This document shows, piece after piece, positions 56,733-64,000 of a DNA stretch of 64,000 bases (positions are counted from its first letter, which is position 1; the number at the start of each line of letters is the position of its first letter). The notes under the pieces were generated by a model. That model was not told the origin of the DNA and did no database searches. It saw only the letters and a program-made list of their open reading frames with translations. Both the position numbers and the translations under genes were made by a program. Where the stretch lies: positions 462,659 to 526,658 of the forward strand of contig OY970186.1 in assembly GCA_963708105.1 (NCBI GenBank), written 5' to 3'. Source of the DNA: an uncultured Actinomycetes bacterium. Its GTDB lineage: Bacteria > Actinomycetota > Acidimicrobiia > IMCC26256 > PALSA-610.

Positions 56733-57790
56733 GTGTTACTCGGACTTGCTCTCGACGCGTGGTCGGACGCCGACGTCAAGCTGCCCGTCGCGCGAGTACA
56801 ACTCGCAGAGCGCCTCGGGCTACGACTCGGTCTGGACCGCGGAGGCCTACGGCGCCGACGCGCTGACCCCGCTCGCGTATCTGGCGGCAGTCCACGAATC
56901 GGATCAAGCTCGCGACCGGGGTGGTGCAGATCTCGGCGCGTACACCGGCCGCCACGGCGATGGCGTTCGCGACGCTCGAATCGCTCGCCGGACGCGGCCG
57001 CGTGATCGCGGGCCTCGGCCTCTCGGGACCGCAGATCGTCGAAGGCTGGTACGGCCAACCGTGGGCCAAGCCGATCGCGCGCACCCGCGACTACGTCGCG
57101 ATCATGCGCAAGATCTTCCGCCGCGAAGGCCCGGTCGTCGCACGACGGCGCGGCGATCACGTTGCCGTACGCGGGCGCCGACGCGACCGGGCTGGGCAAG
57201 CCGCTTGCGTTCGATCCTGCATCCCAATCCCGACCTGCCGATCTATCTCGCCGCGGGCGGACCGGCGAACGTCGCGCTCGCGGCCGAGGTCGCCGACGGC
57301 TGGATCCCGATGGGCCTCTCCCCCGCCAACGCGGCCGAGTTCCGCGCCACGTTGGCGAAGGGCGCGGCCCGCGCCGGGCGTTCGCTCGACACGCTGGCCA
57401 TCCAGTCGTCGACCACCGTGCAGCTCACCGACGATGTCGCGGGCGACGATCGCGAAGATGAAACCGCGCGTCGCGTTGTACGTCGGCGGGATGGGTGCGC
57501 GCGATCACAACTTCCACAAGGACGCGATGGTGCGGCGCGGATACGGCGACGCCGCCGACCGCATCCAGGAGCTGTTCCTCGCGGGCCGCCGCGAAGAGGC
57601 GATCGAAGCCGTGCCCGACGAGTACGTCGACGAAGGCGCGCTGCTCGGATCGCCGGTGCGGATCGCCGACCGGCTCGTTCCCTGGACGGAGTGCGGGATC
57701 ACCGGCCTGACGATCCACGCCGAGCAGGACGCGGCGGTCGAGCTCATGGCCGACCTCGTCCGACCGACGATCCCGGAGGACGCACCGTGA
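56733..57790 (+). CDS. Luciferase-like monooxygenase (LLM) class, probably an F420-dependent oxidoreductase. Frameshifted.
   Basis: 'GYDSVWTAEAYGADALTPLAYLAA', 'VIAGLGLSGPQIVEGWYGQPW' and 'LYVGGMGARDHNFHKD'. Confidence 0.8.
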
Positions 57791-58609
57791 CGACCCCCAC
57801 TGATACCGAATCGCCCACGCCCGAGTTCATCGCGATCGACGACGCCGCGCCCGGCGTCCGGCGCATCACGCTCAATCGGCCCGAGAAGCGCAACGCGATC
57901 AACAACGGCATGCGCGCCGAACTGTTCGCGGCGCTGGAAGCCGCCGATGTCGACGACGCGGTCCACGTCACGATCATCCGCGGCGCGGGGCCGTGCTTCT
58001 CCTCGGGTTACGACCTCAAGCGCGTGGCCGACGAGAAGCGCCCGTACTACACGGCCGGCGGCGACGGCAGTTGGTCGCGGCACGTGACCGAGGGTTGGGT
58101 GCACATCTGGGATCTGGCCAAGCCCGTGATCGCGCAGGTGCACGGCTACGCGATGGCGGGCGGGACCGAGCTCGTGGCGGCATGCGATCTCGTCTACGTC
58201 GCGACCGACGCGACGTTCAGCTATCCGGTCGTGCGCGTGATCAGCCCGCCCGACTTCCAGTACCACCCGTGGCTCGTCGGCATGCGCAACGCCATGGAGC
58301 TCGTGCTCACCGGCGATCCCGTCACCGGCGACGACGCGGTGCGCATGGGGCTCGCCAACCGCGCGTTCCCCGCCGACGAGCTCGACGCGCGTGTCGTCGG
58401 CGATCGCGGAGCGCATCGCGGGCGTGCCCGCGGAGCTGCTGCAGATCAACAAGCGCAGCGTGCACCGGGCGATGGAGATCATGGGGATCCGCACCGGCAT
58501 CCGCGCCGGGTCGGAACTGCAGGGCCTCGCCAGCAAGCTCCCCGCGGTACAGGCGCTGCTCGCGGGCGGCGACCCGATCGCGAGTGTGAAACAGGCCTCG
58601 GGCAAATAA
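57787..58609 (+). CDS. Enoyl-CoA hydratase/isomerase family protein. One frameshift.
   Basis: 'ITLNRPEKRNAINNGM', 'IIRGAGPCFSSGYDL' and 'VIAQVHGYAMAGGTELVAACDLVY'. GTGA overlap with the LLM stop. Confidence 0.8.
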
Positions 58610-58634
58610 CCCAGAACAGGAACCAGGACCTTTC

Positions 58635-59439
58635 ATGTCGTTCGTCGAGATCTCGAAGCCCCGCCCGCACGTCGCGCTCGTGACACTGAACCGTCCCGAG
58701 CGCATGAACGCGATGGCGTTCGACGTGATGATCCCGCTGCGCGAAGCGTTGGAGGATCTGAGCCACGACAACGACGTTCGGGTCGTGGTGCTCACCGGCG
58801 CCGGTCACGGCTTCTGCTCTGGGGCCGACCTCGAAGACGCGGGAATGGTCCCGCACATCGACGGCCTGACCGTCACGTCGATCGCGCGCCGCGCCCTCGA
58901 ACTGCTCGACGACGTCATCACCGCGATCCGCAAGATGCAACCAACCGGTGATCGGCGCCATCAACGGTGCCGCGATCGGCGGCGGTTTCTGCCTCGCCTG
59001 CGCGTGCGACATCCGCGTCGCGTCCGAGGCTGCGTACTTCCGCGCGGCCGGCATCAACAACGGACTGACCGCGAGCGAGCTCGGCATCTCGTACCTACTG
59101 CCCCGCGAGATCGGATCAGCCCGGGCGTTCGACATCATGCTCACCGGTCGCGATGTCGACGCGACGGAAGCCGAGCGCATCGGTTTGGTGTCTCGGGTCG
59201 TCCCCGGCGACCAACTACTCGAAGAGTGCTACTCGGTGGCGGAACGGATGATCGGCTTCTCCCGGGTCGGGGTCGAGGTCACCAAGCGCATGCTCTGGTC
59301 GAGCCTCGACGCCGCCAGCCTCAGCGCGCACATGGATCACGAGGGCATCGCCCAGCTGTACGTGCGCCTCACCACCCAGAACTTCCAGGAAGCCATCCGC
59401 GCCCGCAAGGAGAAGCGGACCCCGATCTACCGCGATTGA
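58635..59439 (+). CDS. Enoyl-CoA hydratase/isomerase family protein. One frameshift near 58945.
   Basis: 'VTLNRPERMNAM', 'VLTGAGHGFCSGADL' and 'GAINGAAIGGGFCLACACDIRVAS'. Confidence 0.85.
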
Positions 59440-59501
59440 GAAATCCCGATTTTTCGGGTGGGGCCGCGAACCAACCGGCGCCCGGTTGCGTCATACCCGG
59501 C

Positions 59502-60062
59502 GTGAACGCGGAGGGTCAGGGCGGCGAGCTCGAAAGCTGGGTTCGGGAGCGATACGAGCGCACGTACCGCACCGCGGTGCTGATCTGCGGCAATCGGGCC
59601 GACGCCGAAGAGGCGGTGCAGGACGCATTTCTCCGCGTCTGGCGGTTTCGCGACGCACTCCCCGACGACTCCCGGCGTAACGCGTGGCTGTATCGCGTCG
59701 TGGTCAACAGCTGCTATTCGAAGTTGCGCCAGGAAGTGCCGCGTCGAGAGCGCGAGCGGGCGCGCATCGATCTGAGCCTTCCGAGCGCGGAGCCCGTTGC
59801 AACGAGCGAAGCGCCGGAAATGGGCGCGGAACGTTCCGCGATCGCGCAGTCGCTCGAGACCGCACTGCACGATCTGCCCGAGTCGCTGCGCGTCGTTGTG
59901 ATCCTGCGTTACTACGCGGATCTGAGTGAACGGGAGATCGCGATCGCGATCCGAAGGCGTCCGGGCACGGTGAAGTCGCGCCTGCACGAAGCGCGACGCC
60001 GGCTTGCGGCCGACGAACGGCTCGTCGGCTACCGAAGCGACACGGAGGTCACGGCCCGATGA
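59502..60062 (+). CDS. ECF-type sigma-70 family factor.
   Basis: 'ADAEEAVQDAFLRVWRF...AWLYRVVVNSCYSKLR' and 'LPESLRVVVILRYYADLSEREIAIAIRRRPGTVKSRLHEARRRL'. GTG start at 59502. Confidence 0.85.
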   Translation: MNAEGQGGELESWVRERYERTYRTAVLICGNRADAEEAVQDAFLRVWRFRDALPDDSRRNAWLYRVVVNSCYSKLRQEVPRRERERARIDLSLPSAEPVATSEAPEMGAERSAIAQSLETALHDLPESLRVVVILRYYADLSEREIAIAIRRRPGTVKSRLHEARRRLAADERLVGYRSDTEVTAR

Positions 60063-61225
60063 TCGACGAACACGAACTCACCGAGCTCCTGCGCCAAGCC
60101 GGCGACGAGATCCCCGTTCCCCCCGCGGGCGCCGACGACGTCGTCGACCAGCTGGTCAGCTCGGCCGCCGTGAAGAGCCGAGATCGCGTCCGATTCACGA
60201 AACCGCTCATGGTCGCGGCCGCGATCGTCGCTGTCATCGCGATCTCGATCCCGCTCCTGAACCGATCAAGCGCGCACACCGCGTCGAAGGCGACCACGCT
60301 CTCGCCGCCGTTGAAATCCCAACTCGGCCCGCTGAGCCCGAACCAGTCCGAGGCTTTGCCGGGCAGCGTCGTAGGCGGCACGGGGGTCGGAAGCGGCGGC
60401 AGCGTGGCGTACGGCGCGCCCGATATCCATGGTGCTTCCGGGACAACGGGCCGGTCACTCGGCGGTGCAACGCCCACGACCGTGGCCACCGCGGCTCCCC
60501 CGTCGGCGTCGACGTCGACCGGCGGCGTCGACGGCGCCAAGATCGTCAAGACCGGCACGCTCGACCTGCAGGTTCCGCACGCGACGCTGCGCACCGCCGT
60601 CAATCGCGTCACCGGCGTGGCGATCGGGCTGGCGGGCTACGTCTCGGCCAGCAAGACCAGCTACGACGACACCGATCCCACCGCGCAGATCACCGTGCGC
60701 GTGCCGGTCGCCAACTTCGACACCGCCATCGCCCGTCTCGACACGCTGCCCGGAGTGAAGGTGCTCGGCGACAGCGAGAGCGGCGTCGACGTGACCGGCC
60801 ACTACACCGACCTGCAGGCCCAACTCGCGGCAGCCACCACGGCCCGCGACGACTTCCTCTTGATCTTGTCGCACGCGCAGTCGATCAACGACATCCTCAC
60901 AGTGCGCGATCGGGTGACGGCCGCGCAGACCGAAGTCGATCAACTCCAAGGGCAGATCAAACTGCTCGACGATCAGGCGACGTTCTCCGCGCTCGCCATC
61001 ACACTCGCGGAGAAACCCGCAACCGTTCCGCCCGCGGCGGTGCACCACGCCCACGTCGAGAGCGGCCTGGCGAAGTCGTGGTCGGACGCTCGGCACGGGT
61101 TCGCCAGTGGAGTCGAGTGGTTGATCGCCCGCTCCGGGGCCGCGCTCATCATCTTGCTCGCCGGCCTCGCGCTCCTGTTCGGTATCCGCTATCTGTATCC
61201 CGTGGTTCGCCGCGGCCTCGTCTGA
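60059..61225 (+). CDS. DUF4349-domain membrane protein, putative anti-sigma or partner of the preceding ECF sigma.
   Basis: ATGA overlap with the sigma stop. Transmembrane segment 'LMVAAAIVAVIAISIPLL'. 'IVKTGTLDLQVP...ITVRVPVANFDTAIARLDTLPGVKVL...YTDLQAQL' is DUF4349-like. C-terminal transmembrane segment. Confidence 0.7.
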   Translation: MIDEHELTELLRQAGDEIPVPPAGADDVVDQLVSSAAVKSRDRVRFTKPLMVAAAIVAVIAISIPLLNRSSAHTASKATTLSPPLKSQLGPLSPNQSEALPGSVVGGTGVGSGGSVAYGAPDIHGASGTTGRSLGGATPTTVATAAPPSASTSTGGVDGAKIVKTGTLDLQVPHATLRTAVNRVTGVAIGLAGYVSASKTSYDDTDPTAQITVRVPVANFDTAIARLDTLPGVKVLGDSESGVDVTGHYTDLQAQLAAATTARDDFLLILSHAQSINDILTVRDRVTAAQTEVDQLQGQIKLLDDQATFSALAITLAEKPATVPPAAVHHAHVESGLAKSWSDARHGFASGVEWLIARSGAALIILLAGLALLFGIRYLYPVVRRGLV

Positions 61226-61250
61226 GCATTCGTATCTAGACTCCCGGCGC

Positions 61251-62246
61251 GTGGGCGCGACAACGACGGTGGCGACGAGCCGAAACATCCGCGGGCGGCG
61301 GGCTGGTATCCCGACCCGTGGAGTGCGACCGGCGACGGCGAGCGTTACTTCGACGGCAAGCATTGGGGCTCGTCGGCGCGTCCGTTGGCGCGGCACTCGA
61401 ACGTGCCCAAGGGGATACAGAAACCGGTGCGCGCCGTTCGCAGCCGATCGAGAAGTTGGATCGGCCCGGCTGTGTTCCTCCTACTCGTCGCGGGCGTGTA
61501 CTTCCTGCAGCGTTCGCACCACAGCAGTTCCAATGCAACCGAGATCCAGACCCCGCCCACGACGGTCCCCACCGATCGACCGTTGCCGGCACCAGAGTCG
61601 GTGACTCCGCTCGGAACACCCGCGCCGGTGCCCGCCGGTACCGGCAAGTACGAGGTGTTGGACACGCAGCCGTCGAACGACGCCGCGCCGGTCGCGTGGG
61701 ATCCCTGCCGGGAGATTCACTACGTCATCAATCCGACGGGTGCGCCGGCGGACGGCACCGCGTTGATCCAGAGCGCCATCGCGCGCATTCAGGTCGCGAC
61801 CGGTTTCCACTTCGTGTACGACGGGCCCACGACCGAGACGCCGACGAAGAGCCGAAAGCCCTTCCAGCCCGCGAAGTACGGCTCGACGCGTTGGGCGCCG
61901 GTACTGATCGCCTGGAGTGACGAGAACGCGTTCCCGGAGCTCGCCGGTTACATCGAGGGCATCGGTGCGCCGTTCTCCGAGTACGTGGACAACGCGCGAT
62001 CTCGTGTACGTCACGGGTCAGCTGATTCTGGATCGCCAGCAACTCTCGGCGACCGGCGATCCCGACCGCGGCAATGTCCGCGCGGTCATGCTGCACGAGC
62101 TCGGGCATGTGGTCGGTCTCGACCACACCGCGGACCGTCACGAGATCATGTACTCGGAATCGCAGTTCAACGTGCGCGACTACGGCAACGGCGACTTACA
62201 GGGCTTGGCCAAACTCGGCACGCAGCCCTGCTACCCGGGCATCTGA
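61251..62246 (+). CDS. DUF2510 N-terminus, transmembrane segment and matrixin-like Zn metalloprotease. Frameshifted; start uncertain.
   Basis: 'GWYPDPWSATGDGERYFDGKHW' (DUF2510 motif, my translation). Transmembrane segment 'IGPAVFLLLVAGVYFL'. Zinc site 'VMLHELGHVVGLDHT' (HExxHxxGxxH). Confidence 0.65.
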
Positions 62247-62247
62247 G

Positions 62248-63369
62248 TTACTTGTTCGACCAGTAGCTGCCGTCGTCGACCATCTTTTCGAGCAGGCCGC
62301 GGAACATGACGAGGTCGTCGGGGTCGGCCGGCTCTTCCATCGTTCCGTACGCGACGCCGCGGCTTGCTCGTGCGGATCGACACGATCGCGAAGCGCAGCG
62401 CGGCGAAGACCTCGAACCAGTCGAGGTTGCGCACCGTGTGGCCGGTCAGCTCCTCGTACTCGGCGATGACCGAGTCGCGCTGCATGAAGTCGGTCATGCC
62501 CGGCAGGCCGAACGTAACCGCCATGTCGTGGAAGAACTCGTGCAGGAAGATCATCCACGCGAGGTCGACCTCGCGCGGACCGACCGTCGCCATCTCCCAG
62601 TCGAGCACGGCGATCGGTGCGAAGTCGCGGTACAAGATGTTGCCGACGCGGGCGTCGCCCCAGTTGAGCACCGTCTCGCCCTCTTCGGGCCAGTGCGCTT
62701 CGAGCCATGCGAACGTGCGGTCGATCAACGGATACGACATGCCTTCGCGCGCCCAGTCGTAGTACCAGCGCTGGTAGCCGAGCTGTTGGCGCAGCGCGGT
62801 GTCGCCGTGCTTCGGACGCGTGCAGGAACGCGAGGTCGGAGTTCGTCGGGTTGAGCTCGTGCAGCTGTCTTCAACACCTCGATGCGTGCGGCGTCTGCAT
62901 CGCGGCGCGCGTCTCGGGCGGCGCGTCGGCGACCCAACCGCCGAACACGTACGGCGGGATGTCGGGCGGCGCTTCGCCGTCGATGCGGCGCATCACGAGG
63001 AACGGCGTGCCGAGCCACTGCGGGTCGAGCTCGACCCAGCGCACGTCGGGCACGGGCACGTCGGTGCGGGCCCGCACGAGGTTCATGCACTTGGCCTGCA
63101 GCTCGATGTCGTACTCGGGGAAGACCGGGATAGACGTCGGGCATCGGCGCGAGGCGCGCCGCGTAACGCTCGTCTCGCCGTCGAGCGGTCATCTCGAACA
63201 GCACGGTCTCGCTCGACATGCCGTTGCCGGGCGACGACGCCTCCGACACGCGTGCGTTCGGGACCGAGCACTGGCCCGGGCCCACTTCTCCATCGCGGGG
63301 CCGACCTCGCCGAGGTCGCGGCGCCACGGCGTGTCCGATGTGCATCGCTTTTTCTTCTTCAGGGGGCAT
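62248..63369 (-). CDS. Aminoglycoside/choline-kinase-like phosphotransferase (APH) family protein, frameshifted.
   Basis: 'VLNWGDARVGNILYRDFAPIAVLDWEMATVGPREVDLAW' (catalytic loop and DxE region) and 'FLVMRRIDGEAPPD'. Confidence 0.7.
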
Positions 63370-63401
63370 GGTCACATCTTGCCATGCGCGCACGATGTCC
63401 G

Positions 63402-64000
63402 TCAGCGCGCGGCGTCGGGTAGTCGTCCGGCGCGGACGGTGGCGTCGGTGCCGCCGTCGGAGAACACCACCGACCCGCAGAAGAAGCCCGCGTCGGGCGA
63501 GAGCAGATACGTGAGCAGGCTCGCGATCTCCTCGGGCCGACCGGGCCGACCGATCGGCACCGGGAACACGTCGGGGATGCTGAAGATGAACTCGAGGTCG
63601 TTCTTCGTCATCGGCGTCTCGATCACACCCGGCGCGATCGCGTTCAGGCGGATGCCCGCGCCGATCCAGTCGGGCGTCGGCGCGTGGTGGCGCACGTAAC
63701 GCGCCAGCGCGAGCTTCGACGCGGGGTACACGAACGAAACCGGGCGCCTCGCCGGCCGCCTCGAGCGCGGCGGCCTCGTCGCCGGCGAGAATCACGTCGA
63801 CGAGCGCGGGCGGGAGTCCCGGCGTGGTCGTCGTCGAGTTCGAGCTGATGGCCACGGCCGACGCGTCGGTACCGCGCGCCAACAGCGGCCGCAGGCCGTC
63901 GAGCGTGGCGATCGCGCCGAAGTAGTTGATCGCGACGACGAGCGGCTCGGTGCCCATGATGCCCGGCCGCCGCGACGAGACCGTCGAGCGCGCCGCCGCA
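63402..64000 (-). CDS. SDR-family oxidoreductase. The 5' part runs off the right edge. One frameshift near 63735.
   Basis: 'YPASKLALARYV' (YxxxK), 'IRLNAIAPGVIETPM' and 'GRPGRPEEIASLLTYLLSPDAGFFCGSVVFSDGG'. Confidence 0.7.

Overview
High-GC (about 70-75%) Actinomycetota-like chromosomal DNA. It carries a lower-GC (about 60-63%) insertion of roughly 16 kb, at about 6.1-22.8 kb. The core of that insertion (7443-22605, minus strand) is one operon of six genes with overlapping or nearly abutting stop and start codons. I read it as a class 1 DISARM anti-phage system: drmD (SNF2 helicase), drmMI (gamma-class N6-adenine methyltransferase, NPPF motif), drmA (DEAH-like helicase), drmB (DUF1998) and drmC (single-HKD phospholipase-D nuclease). 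An extra DUF262/DUF1524 (GmrSD/BrxU-like type IV restriction) gene sits between drmMI and drmA and overlaps both neighbours. This embedded gene is the most interesting item in the window.

The left edge of the insertion holds a Phd/VapC toxin-antitoxin pair and a RecQ-family helicase fused to a ComFC-like phosphoribosyltransferase-fold domain. A second toxin-antitoxin-like pair lies to the right; its PIN toxin is cut by an in-frame TAG.

The flanks are ordinary actinobacterial genes:
- a pseudopilin cluster and GH4 MelA
- an amidase, a GH30 lipoprotein and two SDRs
- two ECF sigma modules and BldC
- a KAS and PAS-GGDEF-EAL signalling proteins
- MarR, an MFS transporter, a P450, SURF1 and GDT1
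- RNase H, a PBP1A and AdnAB
- an acyl-CoA synthetase, an LLM oxidoreductase and two enoyl-CoA hydratases

Many flank genes are broken by frameshifts as assembled, whereas the 11.7 kb covering drmC through most of drmMI has none. For frameshifted genes the coordinates are outer bounds, stitched across the provided ORF fragments by eye. I saw no rRNA, tRNA, CRISPR array, integrase or transposase.
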